Shown: in pieces, positions 20,687-30,720 of the stretch
Numbering within the stretch: the first letter of the stretch is position 1
Layout of the letters: each line of letters opens with the position of its first letter
DNA from: an uncultured Gemmatimonadaceae bacterium
GTDB taxonomy: Bacteria; Gemmatimonadota; Gemmatimonadetes; Gemmatimonadales; Gemmatimonadaceae
Assembly: GCA_963822945.1 (NCBI GenBank)
Contig: CAWGJO010000026.1
Location: forward strand, 96,001-160,000
Direction: 5' to 3'
Length of the DNA: 64,000 nt
Notes under the pieces: model-generated
Seen by the model: only the letters and a program-made list of their open reading frames with translations
Database searches by the model: none
Told to the model about the DNA's origin: nothing
Translations under genes and position numbers: made by a program

Positions 20687-22300
20687 ATGATAGACATTAT
20701 CGGTTGCTTCCGTCATGAACTGCTCGAGGGTGTATTGTCCGAATCCGATCCTGATCTGAAATCGATGCCGGCGCGGTCCGGCGGGCCGTGGTCGTCGCCC
20801 GCCGCCGACCGGTACCGCGAGATCTACGAAGCCGTGGCGTTGCCGGTGTTGGTGATCGACGCGGAGAGTTGGCAGATCCTCGCCGTCAACGAGGCGGCGG
20901 TGAAACAGTACGGCTACCCGCGCGAGGACTTCGTCGGGCTGTCCGTGCTCGATGTGCGTCCGCCCGACGGCCAGGCTGAGGCGCGGCGCGTGTTGTCGGA
21001 GATGCCGCACGGGTTCTGGAAGGCCACTGCCGTCAGCCACCAGCGCAAGGACGGATCGATCTTCCGGGTCGACGTGTGGTCGCGCGACACGGTCATCGAC
21101 GGGCGGGCCGTGCGCATCTCCACCATCAGCGACGTCACCGAGCGCGTGCAGCTGCAGCACGAGTTGCAGCAGGCGCAGAAGATGGAGGCGGTGGGCCGCC
21201 TGGCCGGCGGCATCGCCCACGACTTCAACAACGTGCTGACGTCGATCATCGGCGGAGCCGAGCTCCTGATGGAGCACCTGCGGGACGACGCCGCGGGGCG
21301 CGACGAGGTCGCGGCTATCCGTCGCGCGGCCGACCGGGCGGCGTCCCTCACTCGCCAGCTCCTGGCCTTCAGCCGCCAGCAGGTGATGGCCGTCGAGGTC
21401 GTGCCGCTCAACGATGTCGTCGTGCGAACCGAAGCCCTGTTGCGCCATACGATCGGCGAGCACATCGAACTCCGCACGGAACTGGCGGACGACGCCTGGC
21501 CGGTGCGCGCCGACGCGTCGCAACTGGAACAGGTGCTGATGAACCTCGCGGTGAACGCGCGCGACGCGATGCCGGGCGGCGGCATGCTGGTGCTGGCCAC
21601 CCGCAACGTTTCACTCCCGAAGGGCGTCACTCCCGCCGGGTTGAGCATCCCCGCCGGCGACTATGCGGAGCTGACGGTCCGCGACACCGGCGTCGGGATG
21701 GACGCCATCACCCGGGCGCACGTGTTCGAGCCCTTCTTCACCACCAAGCCGGCGCCCCAGGGCACGGGGTTGGGGCTGTCGATGGCCTACGGCATCATCC
21801 GCCAGAGCAACGGATTCATCACGGTCGACTCCACCCTGGGCGAGGGCACCTCGCTTCGGATCCTCCTGCCACGCGCCGGCCGCGGCAAGAGCCTCGCGGC
21901 CCCGGCCCCCGGCGCCGCGGCGGCAGGCAGCCAACGGACGGTGCTCGTCGTCGAGGACGAGGACGCGGTACGGCGCATCACCTGCCGCGTACTCGAACGC
22001 CTCGGCTACGGCGTGCTCTCGGCCGCCGACGGCCAGGAGGCGCTGGCGCTCGTCGAGGACTCGCGGCCCGGACTCCAACTGCTCGTGACCGATCTCATCA
22101 TGCCGCACATGAGCGGCCGTGAACTCGCCACGCAGCTCGTCGCGGCCTATCCCGAATTGCGCGTCCTGTTCGTGTCGGGTTACACTGACGAGGCCGTGGG
22201 GCATCTCGGCATGCTGGAGCAGGGCAAGGCGTTCCTGCAGAAACCCTTCTCGGTCGAATCGCTGGGCGACGCCGTACGCCGCGTGCTCGGCGACGCCTGA
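20687..22300 (+). CDS. Cytoplasmic PAS-HisKA-HATPase-REC hybrid histidine kinase
   Basis: PAS (VNEAAVKQYGY), H-box GIAHDFNN, NARDAM, DTGVGM, FEPFFTTK, GTGLGL, REC (VLVVEDE, TDLIMP, LQKPF). The true start may be ~20736-20765. Confidence 0.92.
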   Translation: MIDIIGCFRHELLEGVLSESDPDLKSMPARSGGPWSSPAADRYREIYEAVALPVLVIDAESWQILAVNEAAVKQYGYPREDFVGLSVLDVRPPDGQAEARRVLSEMPHGFWKATAVSHQRKDGSIFRVDVWSRDTVIDGRAVRISTISDVTERVQLQHELQQAQKMEAVGRLAGGIAHDFNNVLTSIIGGAELLMEHLRDDAAGRDEVAAIRRAADRAASLTRQLLAFSRQQVMAVEVVPLNDVVVRTEALLRHTIGEHIELRTELADDAWPVRADASQLEQVLMNLAVNARDAMPGGGMLVLATRNVSLPKGVTPAGLSIPAGDYAELTVRDTGVGMDAITRAHVFEPFFTTKPAPQGTGLGLSMAYGIIRQSNGFITVDSTLGEGTSLRILLPRAGRGKSLAAPAPGAAAAGSQRTVLVVEDEDAVRRITCRVLERLGYGVLSAADGQEALALVEDSRPGLQLLVTDLIMPHMSGRELATQLVAAYPELRVLFVSGYTDEAVGHLGMLEQGKAFLQKPFSVESLGDAVRRVLGDA

Positions 22301-22336
22301 TCGCCCCACACCGCACGCCCTCACCGTCTCACACCC

Positions 22337-24394
22337 ATGCCCTCTCGTCGCGACTTCCTCTCCCGCAGCGCCACCCTGGGACTCGGCGCCGCGTTCAGCG
22401 CCCCCTGGCTGCAGCGCGTGCTCTCCTGGAACGCGCTCGCCCACACCGACGCGGGCGCCGATGGCCTGCACGCCTCGGCCACGCTCGCCGCCAACGACCT
22501 CACGCTCGGCAACAGCGCCATCAGCGGTCGCTGGCACGTGGCTGACGGGAAGCTCCGCGCCGTGCGGTTCGACGATCGGGTGAACCATCGCACCTTCACG
22601 CCGCCGGCGGCGGTGTTCGCGCTGGCGATGGCCGACGGCACCATGCTCACGGCGGACGCGATGACCGTCGTCGGCGCGCCGAAGGTGGAGTCGGTGCCCG
22701 CGAACGCCGGCGCGTCTCGGTATGCCGAGCGCGTGGGCGGACGCCGCGTCGTCGTGGTGCTGCGCGATGCCTCCGGGCACCTCGAAGCCGAATGGAGCGC
22801 CGTGCTGCGCGACGGCTCGCGCTACCTGCGTCAGGAAGTCACGTTGCGTGCCCGGGGGGCCGAGGTGCCGGTGCGCGAGATTACCCTCGTGGACCTGCGG
22901 GCGCCCGGCGCCACGGTGACGGGAACGGTCAAGGGAAGTCCGGTGGTGTTCGACGACTGGTACGTGGGCTTCGAACACCCGCTGTCGCTGAGCGCCGTGG
23001 ACGGGGACCATGTCACCTGCGCGCTGCCGCGTACGCTCCCGCTGCGGCCCGATGCGCCGGTGGTCGTGTCGTCGGTCATCGGCGCCGTGCGGCCGGGCCA
23101 GCTCCGGCGCGACTTCCTGACGTACGTCGAGCGGGAACGCGCGCATCCGTACCGGACCTTCCTGCACTACAACTCGTGGTACGACATCGGCTACTTCTCC
23201 AAGTACACGGAGACCGACGCGTTGGCCGTGATCGACGCGTTCGGCGAGGAGCTGCATCGGAAGCGGGGGGTGGTGCTCTCGTCGTACCTGTTCGACGACG
23301 GGTGGGACGATCCGAAGACGCTGTGGGGATTCGGGCCCGGGTTCCCGCACGGATTCACCAACCTGCGCACCGAGGCCGCCAAGTTCGGCGCCGCGCCGGG
23401 CGTCTGGCTCTCGCCGTGGGGCGGCTACGGCCAGCCCAAGCAGGACCGGCTCAAGTACGGCAAGGCGCAGGGCTTCGAGACCAACGACGGCGGGTTCGCC
23501 CTCTCCGGCCCCAAGTACTACAAGCGCTTCCACGACACCTGCGTCGAATTCATCCGCAAGTACGGCGTGAATCAGTTCAAGATCGACGGCACCGGGAACG
23601 CGTCAACGGTGATTCCCGGCAGCCGGTTCGACAGCGACTTCGACGCCGCCATCGCCCTCATCGGCGACCTGCGGCAGATCAAGCCGGATCTCTACGTGAA
23701 CCTCACCACCGGCACGTATCCGTCGCCCTTCTGGCTGCGGTATGCCGACTCGATCTGGCGCGGCGGCGAGGATCACTCCTTCGCCGGCATCGGCACCTGG
23801 CGCCAGCAGTGGATGACCTATCGCGATGCCGACACGCACCGGCACGTGGTGAAGCGCGGCGCCCTGTATCCGCTCAATTCGCTGATGCTGCACGGGCTGA
23901 TCTACGCCAAGCACGCCAACCACCTGATGGACGACCCGGGTGGCGACTTCAACGACGAGATTCGCGTGTACTTCGGCAACGGGACCCAGTTGCAGGAGAT
24001 GTACGTGACGCCGTCCAACCTCACGGCGAGCAACTGGGATACGCTCGCCGAGAGCGCCGAGTGGTCGCGTCGCAACGCCGGCACGCTGCGCGACACCCAC
24101 TGGGTGGGCGGCGACCCCGCCGAGCTCGAGCCGTACGGGTGGGCGGCCTGGGCGCCGGACAAGGCGACGCTCACCCTGCGGAACCCGAGCGACCAGTGGA
24201 AGACCATCGCCCTGGATCCGCGGCAGGCGTTCGAACTTCCGGACGGAGCCGAGGGCCGGTTCACGGTGCGCAGTCCCTGGAAGGCCGATCGCGGCCAGGT
24301 GCCGTTCGAGATCACCGCGGGACGCGAGCACGCCTTCAAGCTGGCCCCCTTCCAGGTCCTGAACCTGGACGTCGTCCCGCAACAGGGTCGCTGA
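22337..24394 (+). CDS. Tat-exported alpha-galactosidase-like (clan GH-D, melibiase-type TIM barrel) protein
   Basis: Tat motif SRRDFL. HYNSWYD, LFDDGWD, GVWLSPWGGY and FKIDG resemble GH36/GH27 motifs (DDGW; KxD nucleophile). Confidence 0.7.
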   Translation: MPSRRDFLSRSATLGLGAAFSAPWLQRVLSWNALAHTDAGADGLHASATLAANDLTLGNSAISGRWHVADGKLRAVRFDDRVNHRTFTPPAAVFALAMADGTMLTADAMTVVGAPKVESVPANAGASRYAERVGGRRVVVVLRDASGHLEAEWSAVLRDGSRYLRQEVTLRARGAEVPVREITLVDLRAPGATVTGTVKGSPVVFDDWYVGFEHPLSLSAVDGDHVTCALPRTLPLRPDAPVVVSSVIGAVRPGQLRRDFLTYVERERAHPYRTFLHYNSWYDIGYFSKYTETDALAVIDAFGEELHRKRGVVLSSYLFDDGWDDPKTLWGFGPGFPHGFTNLRTEAAKFGAAPGVWLSPWGGYGQPKQDRLKYGKAQGFETNDGGFALSGPKYYKRFHDTCVEFIRKYGVNQFKIDGTGNASTVIPGSRFDSDFDAAIALIGDLRQIKPDLYVNLTTGTYPSPFWLRYADSIWRGGEDHSFAGIGTWRQQWMTYRDADTHRHVVKRGALYPLNSLMLHGLIYAKHANHLMDDPGGDFNDEIRVYFGNGTQLQEMYVTPSNLTASNWDTLAESAEWSRRNAGTLRDTHWVGGDPAELEPYGWAAWAPDKATLTLRNPSDQWKTIALDPRQAFELPDGAEGRFTVRSPWKADRGQVPFEITAGREHAFKLAPFQVLNLDVVPQQGR

Positions 24395-24473
24395 CCGGCC
24401 ACTGGCAACGGGACACTCCCCACCCCGGGTATCCGTTCGCCGTTCCCGTTCGGCGTCTGTATCTTCTCGCGTC

Positions 24474-25295
24474 ATGCCGGCACCCGCGTCCGTCACCGTC
24501 CGCCCGCTCGCGTCGCTCGATGAATTCCGGGCCGCGGTGGCGCTGCAGTTCGAGGCGTGGGGGCCGGGCCTTGCCGATCCCACATCGGCCACGATTCTCA
24601 AGATCGGTCAGAAGATCGGCGGTGTCTCGGCCGGCGCGTTCGCGCCGGACGGCACCCTCCTGGGATTCGTCTTCGGGCTCACCGGCGTGCAGCAGGGCCG
24701 GATCGTCCACTGGTCGCACATGCTCGCCGTCCGCGGCGACGCGCAGAATCTCGGCATCGGCCGGCGGCTCAAGCAGTTCCAGCACGCAGCCGTCGCGCGG
24801 CTGGGCGCCCACGTCATCTACTGGACCTACGATCCGCTGGTTGCCCGCAACGCGCACCTCAACTTCAACGTGTTCGGGGTGCGCGTGGCGGAGTACGTAC
24901 GCGACATGTACGGTGACATGGGCAGCGAGTTGAATCGCGGCATCGGCACCGATCGCTTCGTGGTGGCATGGCCCGTGGATGCCGCCGAACTGCAGGCGCG
25001 TCGCGCCGAGATCGCGGCCGTGCACGACGACCCCGACTTCCGCGCGGCGCCGGTGGTCAACGCCGACCCGGCGGGCGAACTGCAGCGCGCGCCGGCGGCC
25101 GCCGGCGCGCCCAGGCTGCGGGTGCGCATTCCCGCCGACATCGGCGTGCTGCAACGCAGCGATCTGGCGGCCGCCGCCCAGTGGCGGGCCAGCACGCGGG
25201 CTGCGTTCGAGCACGTGCTCGCGGCCGGCTACCACGCGGCCGGATTCGTCGCCGATGCGGGCGCCGGCGTGGCGCACTACCTCTTCTCACTCTGA
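24474..25295 (+). CDS. GNAT-family acyltransferase (putative D-amino-acid N-succinyltransferase)
   Basis: HWSHMLAV, QNLGIGRRLK, WTYDPLVARNAHLN, TDRFVVAW. Adjacent to the NSAR/OSBS gene. Confidence 0.8.
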   Translation: MPAPASVTVRPLASLDEFRAAVALQFEAWGPGLADPTSATILKIGQKIGGVSAGAFAPDGTLLGFVFGLTGVQQGRIVHWSHMLAVRGDAQNLGIGRRLKQFQHAAVARLGAHVIYWTYDPLVARNAHLNFNVFGVRVAEYVRDMYGDMGSELNRGIGTDRFVVAWPVDAAELQARRAEIAAVHDDPDFRAAPVVNADPAGELQRAPAAAGAPRLRVRIPADIGVLQRSDLAAAAQWRASTRAAFEHVLAAGYHAAGFVADAGAGVAHYLFSL

Positions 25296-25314
25296 CCGGT
25301 TCAATCCCACTCCC

Positions 25315-26439
25315 GTGTTCTCCATCTCCCGCATCGTGGTCCGCGAGCTCCGACTCGCCCTCAAGGAGCCGTTCCGCATCTCGTCGGGCACGATCACCGA
25401 GCGCCGGGTGTGTCTGCTCGAGCTGCACACCGCCGACGGTATCACCGGGTGGAGCGAGTGCGTGGCCGGTGAACAGCCCAACTACAGTCCGGAGACCATC
25501 GACACGGCGTGGCATTCCATGCGCGAGTGGCTCGCGCCACGCGTGCTGGGCAAGGAGTTCGCCGGCCCCGAGCAGGTGTTCGCCGCGCTCGACCACAACG
25601 TCCGCGGACATCTCATGGCCAAGGCCGCCGTGGAGATGGGCTGCTGGGACGTCGCGGCCCGGCAGCAGGACGTACCGCTCTCGCGCCTGCTCGGCGGGAC
25701 GCGCGACCGCGTGCCCACCGGCATCTCCATCGGCATCCAACGCGCGCCGGACGCGCTGGTGGAGCGCGCCCGGCAGGCCGTGGCGCAGGGCTACCGCAAG
25801 ATCAAGATGAAGATCGAGCCCGGCGCCGACGTCGCCTTCGTGGGCGCCGTGCGCCAGGCGCTCGGCCCCGAATTGCATCTCATGGCGGACGCCAATTCCG
25901 CCTACACGCTCGCCGACGCCGACCACCTCAAGGAACTCGATCAGTTCAGGCTCATCATGATCGAGCAGCCGCTCGATCGGGAGGATCTGCTGCGGCATGC
26001 GAAGCTCCAGCGGTTGATCGAAACGCCCATCTGCCTGGACGAGTCCATCACGAGCGTCGATCGGGCCGCCGACATGATCGAGCTGCGCGCCGGCCGCATC
26101 GTCAACATCAAGCCGGGCCGGGTGGGCGGCTTCGCCGTGTCGAAGGACATCCACGACCTGTGCCAGCATCACGGGATCCCCGTCTGGTGCGGCGGCATGT
26201 TCGAGAGCGGCGTCGGCCGCGCGCACAACGTGGCGCTCGCCTCGCTGCCCAACTTCTCGCTGCCGGGCGACGTGTCGCCCAGCGCCCGGTACTGGGAACG
26301 GGACATCGTGGCGCCGGAGTGGACGATGGACGCCGAGGGCATGGTGCACGTGCCGCTGGCCAATCCCGGCTTCGGAGTCACGGTGGACACGGACCGTGTG
26401 GACGACCTCACCGTGAAGCGGGAAGTGTTCAGCGCATGA
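25315..26439 (+). CDS. menC: o-succinylbenzoate synthase / N-succinylamino acid racemase (enolase superfamily, NSAR/OSBS)
   Basis: GTG start at 25315. KIKMKI, ADANSAY, IEQPL, CLDESI, NIKPGRVGG, WCGGMFESGVGRAHN, PGDVSPSARYW. Confidence 0.9.
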   Translation: MFSISRIVVRELRLALKEPFRISSGTITERRVCLLELHTADGITGWSECVAGEQPNYSPETIDTAWHSMREWLAPRVLGKEFAGPEQVFAALDHNVRGHLMAKAAVEMGCWDVAARQQDVPLSRLLGGTRDRVPTGISIGIQRAPDALVERARQAVAQGYRKIKMKIEPGADVAFVGAVRQALGPELHLMADANSAYTLADADHLKELDQFRLIMIEQPLDREDLLRHAKLQRLIETPICLDESITSVDRAADMIELRAGRIVNIKPGRVGGFAVSKDIHDLCQHHGIPVWCGGMFESGVGRAHNVALASLPNFSLPGDVSPSARYWERDIVAPEWTMDAEGMVHVPLANPGFGVTVDTDRVDDLTVKREVFSA

Positions 26440-27638
26440 ACGTCCGTCTCGCGCTGCCCGACGGGGTGGCCTCGCGGTTCACCGCCGCCCAGATCGAACG
26501 GCTCGTCGCGCTGCGGCGCGAACTGCATGCCCATCCGGAACTGTCGCAGCACGAGCGCGAAACCGCGCGCCGGCTCGCCGAGGCACTGTCCGCCATCCCC
26601 GGCGTCGAGGTCCGGCGGGTGGGGGACACCGGACTCGTCGCCCGTATTCCGGGCCGCGACCGGCGCGCGCCCGTGGTGGCCGTCCGCGGCGACATCGACG
26701 CCCTGCCGATCACGGAGGAGACCGGACTGCCGTTCGCTTCCACGCGCGACGGGGTGATGCACGCCTGCGGCCACGACGTGCATGCCACGTGGGCCGTGGG
26801 CGCGGCGCACCTGCTGGCCTCCGATCCGGCGGACGGCGACGTGCTCGTGGTGCTGCAACCCGCCGAAGAGATCGGCAAGGGCGCCCTCGCGATTCTCGAG
26901 AGCGGAGCGCTCGACGGCGTGGCGTGCATCTTCGGTGGCCACGTCGATCGCCGCTTCGAGGTGGGCCAGGCCGTGGCCGATGAGGGTCCGCTTGCAGCGT
27001 CGGCCGATATGTTCACGATCGAACTCGTGGGGCAGGGGGCGCACGCGGCGCGCCCCCACGAATCGGCCGATCCGATCGTCGGCGCGGCGGCCGTCGTCAC
27101 CGCGCTCCAGACGATCGTCTCCCGCCGTCTCAATCCCGCCACGCCGGGCGTGGTGACCATCGGCATGGTGCAGGCCGGCACCGCGCCCAACGTGATCCCG
27201 GATCGCGCTCTGCTGCGCGGCACCGTGCGCGCTGTGGAGGCCCAATCGCGCCGATTCATGCTCGACGAGGTGCGGCGCCTGGCCGAGTCGATCGCGTCGG
27301 CCCACCGGCTCACCGCCCGTGTGGAGCTGGAACTGGGCACGCCGCCACTCGTCAATCCCCCGCGGGGAGCGGCCTGGGCGCACGCCGCCGCCGCGGAGGT
27401 ACTCGGCGAGGCGAACGTGGTGCCGCTCGGCTTCCTCAACCTCGGCGGCGAGGACTTTGCCTTCTACCTGGAACGCATGAACGGATGCTTCCTCCGGATC
27501 GGCGCGCGGGAACCCGGTGGGCCGATGACCGCCGCGCACTCGCCCGGCTTCGTACCGGCCGAGGAGAGCATCTTCTGCGGGGCCGCCGTTCTGGCCGAGT
27601 GCGCGCGCCGGGCGTCCGGTGACTTGCGTCACGGGTGA
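26436..27638 (+). CDS. M20D amidohydrolase (putative N-succinyl-L-amino acid desuccinylase)
   Basis: LHAHPELS, RGDIDALP, MHACGHD, QPAEE, GAHAARPH, GGEDFAFY. ATGA overlap with the upstream gene. Confidence 0.9.
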   Translation: MNVRLALPDGVASRFTAAQIERLVALRRELHAHPELSQHERETARRLAEALSAIPGVEVRRVGDTGLVARIPGRDRRAPVVAVRGDIDALPITEETGLPFASTRDGVMHACGHDVHATWAVGAAHLLASDPADGDVLVVLQPAEEIGKGALAILESGALDGVACIFGGHVDRRFEVGQAVADEGPLAASADMFTIELVGQGAHAARPHESADPIVGAAAVVTALQTIVSRRLNPATPGVVTIGMVQAGTAPNVIPDRALLRGTVRAVEAQSRRFMLDEVRRLAESIASAHRLTARVELELGTPPLVNPPRGAAWAHAAAAEVLGEANVVPLGFLNLGGEDFAFYLERMNGCFLRIGAREPGGPMTAAHSPGFVPAEESIFCGAAVLAECARRASGDLRHG

Positions 27639-27730
27639 CCGCGGCGTCGAACTTGCGGGTCAGGATTGCGCGATCTCGCTCTCTCCATGCGATATTTCGA
27701 GGACTGTCCGATCTTTTTCCGGGACCATTG

Positions 27731-30074
27731 ATGCGAGTCCATCCTCTGGCGCTCCGTGCCACCCTGTTTGCCGCCCTGGCGACCGTCGCGGCGTGCGGTT
27801 CCACCGGCCCCGATCGCCCCGGTCCGGCGGCGCTGATGCAGCTCGTATCAGGGGACGCGCAGTCGGGTGCGGTCACGTCGACGCTCGCCAGCCCGCTCGT
27901 GGTGAAGGTGACGGATGCGCAGTCGCGGCCCGTGCAGGGCGCGCTCGTGCAGTGGTCGATCACCAACGGCACCGGAATCCTCACGCCGAATTCCTCGGCG
28001 ACCGACGCCAGCGGATCGGCCCAGACGTCGTACACGCTCGGGACGCTCGCCGGCCAGAACGAGGTGACCGCGTCGGTGAGCGGCGTGACTAGTTCAGTGA
28101 CGTTCGCGGCCACGTCCAACCCCGGTTCGCTGTACAAGGTCGTCGCGACGCAGCACCTGCTCGCGCTGTGCGAACCCGGGGACCAGGGGACTCCCAGTGC
28201 GTCGGCGGCCGACCAGTTCGGCAACACGGTGGACAGCACGGTGACCTGGGTGTCGCGCGACCCGTCGGTGGCCACCGTCAGCAGCACCGGCACGGTACAA
28301 CTGGTAAGCGCCACCGGCGCCACCTACATCGTGGCGTCCTCGGGGTCGGCGCAGCCCGACAGCGTCTACGTCACCGCGGTCCCGCCCATCACGCTTGCGG
28401 CCGGCCAGGTGGACGACACCCTGCCGTCCAACGCGTTCTGCGTGCAGTCCAACCAGCTGGGTTCGGAGTACGTGCTGGCGGCGTTCTACGGTTCCACCTC
28501 ACCCGGCAGCAGCGCCGGTATCGTGGTCAGCGGAACGCGGCTGGGCACCCTAGGCTCGGGCGCCAACATCATCGCCGCCAACCGGATGCCGCCGGCGCCC
28601 ATGCTGCTGCCGACGATGCCGTTGCACCCGGACTACGCGTTCGAGTACGCCCTGCGCGAGCGCGAGCAGCGCGAGATGCCGAAGTACGTCGCGTCGGCCC
28701 GCGCGTGGCAGGCCAACCATGAGCGGCAGGGCGCCGCGCGGAGCGTGACGTCCGCTACGGTGACCACCACCGGCGCGACCACCGGCGGCGGTGCCGCAGC
28801 CGGGACGTCCACCACGCCCAGCCTGTCGCAGATCACCAGCAGCACCAAGGTCGGCGATCTCGTGAAGCTCAATACGAACGCCACCAACTACTGCACCAGC
28901 CCGACGATGGCCACGGCGCGGGTGGCGGCCATCAGCAGCTCGGCCATCGTCGTCGCCGACACCTCGAATCCGGCCGGGGGCTTCACGGACGCGGAGTACG
29001 CGCAGTTCGCGACCGCCATGGACACGTTGGTCGAACCGGTGGATACCACCGCCTTCGGCGCCCCGTACGACATCGACGGCACCAACAAGGTGATCATCCT
29101 GTTCACCAAGGCCGTCAACCAGCTCACCACCGATCCAACGCAGGGCATCGTGCTGGGCTTCTACTATTCGCGCGACCTGCTTCCGGACTCCACGTGCGCC
29201 GGCAGCAACTTTGCGAACATGTTCTATCTGGTGGTTCCCGACCCGAACCGGACCATCAACGGCGGCAACACGTTCACCGCCAACAAGCAGAACGTGGCCA
29301 ACATCGTGGTCAGCACCATCGGCCACGAATATCAACACCTGATCAATGCGTCGCGCCGCCTGTACGTGAACCACGCACCCAGCGCGAACGAGGTCACCTG
29401 GCTGAACGAGGGACTGAGCCATATCGCCGAAGAGTTGATCTTCTACCGTTCCTCGGGACTCGGCCCGCGCCAGAACATCGGCACGGCCGCACTCTCCAAC
29501 CCTGCGGCGTGGAATGCCTTCGGCCTGTTCATGTGGGGGAATCAGGGGCGCTACGAACAGTACCTGCCGGTCACCGAGACCAACGGGCCCCTGGGCGAGT
29601 ACTCCGGTGACGACGCGCTGCCCACGCGCGGCGCCATCTGGTCGTTCCTGCGCTACGCGGACGACCAGCTCGGCTCTCACGAGCGAGACCCTCTGGCACC
29701 GCCTCGTGAACAGCCAGACCACCGGCCTGGCCAACCTTCAGTCGGCTATGGGCACCGATCCCACCCCGTATTTCCGGAGTTGGGCCACGTCGGTGTTCAC
29801 CGATGATGCGGTCCCCGGGATCCCGGCGCTCTACACCCAGCCCAGCTGGAACTGGCCCCAGGTGTACGCACGGGTGGGCAACGTGACGTACACCGCGCCG
29901 GTGAGCCACGTGCTCACCAGCGGATCGGCGGTGACGACGACCCTCAACGCCGAAAGCGTCGGGTTCTTCCGGTTCGCGGTGGACAACGGGCAGCGCGGAC
30001 TGGTCTCGGTCACCGGCCCCGGTGGCAGTGCCGTTTCGGCGGCGGTGCGCCTGACACTCGTGCGCACCAAGTAG
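27731..30074 (+). CDS. Lipoprotein with Ig-like domains and a gluzincin (M30-like) metallopeptidase domain; one frameshift at ~29675
   Basis: Lipobox VAAC, Big_1/Big_2-like segments, zinc motif GHEYQHLIN followed by WLNEGLSHIAEE. The C-terminal part (ETLWHRLVNS...LVRTK) continues in another frame. Confidence 0.8.
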
Positions 30075-30136
30075 CGCGCGGGGCCCCGATCGGCGATGTT
30101 TCCAACATGAAGTCATCTGTGAGAATCGATAGCCTG

Positions 30137-30595
30137 ATGAAACGCGTGCTAGTGTTCGCCGTGGCGCTGTCCGTCGTTGCCTGCACGGGCGAGATCGCCG
30201 GACTCGGACCAGCCAGCGATCCTGCCACCGAGACCTTCGCGTCGTCGCTCGGCGTGAACCTGGCCGCCATGACCAAGACGCCCGACGGGCTGTACTACCG
30301 TGACCTGACCATCGGCAACGGCGCCGTGCTCGCGCACGACACCACCGTCACGGTGACGTACTCGGGGTACCTGACCGACGGCACGCTGTTCGACTCGGGG
30401 ACGAAGACCCAATTCGCCACGGCGCAGCTTGTGCCCGGTTTCCGGGAGGGCCTCATCGGCATGCGCGTGAACGGCCGGCGCCAACTGGTCATCCCCTCGG
30501 CGCTCGGCTACGGCGAGACCGGCAGCCCGCCCACCATCCCGCGACAGGCCACCCTCGTGTTCGTTGTCGACCTGGTCAGCATCGACAGCGTGTAG
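30137..30595 (+). CDS. FKBP-type peptidyl-prolyl cis-trans isomerase, lipoprotein
   Basis: Lipobox VVAC, YSGYLTDGTLFDS, VPGFREGLIGM, IPSALGYG, TLVFVVDL. Alternative start at 30107. Confidence 0.92.
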   Translation: MKRVLVFAVALSVVACTGEIAGLGPASDPATETFASSLGVNLAAMTKTPDGLYYRDLTIGNGAVLAHDTTVTVTYSGYLTDGTLFDSGTKTQFATAQLVPGFREGLIGMRVNGRRQLVIPSALGYGETGSPPTIPRQATLVFVVDLVSIDSV

Positions 30596-30720
30596 CGACG
30601 TATGGGGGCCGGCGGTTTCCGCCGCGTTCGCCCCCCGGGGTTGACCGATCGTGTGCGGCCGCGGCATGTTCGCCGCGGCCGTTTTCTTGTATCCGACTCT
30701 CGCCTCCCCAGGAGGGATGC

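Noticed and set aside
20687..22300. Hybrid kinase as the copper sensor (CusS equivalent) of the cus operon
   Set aside because: It is a soluble PAS-HK-REC protein with no periplasmic metal-binding domain and no cognate OmpR-type regulator. Adjacency alone is insufficient.
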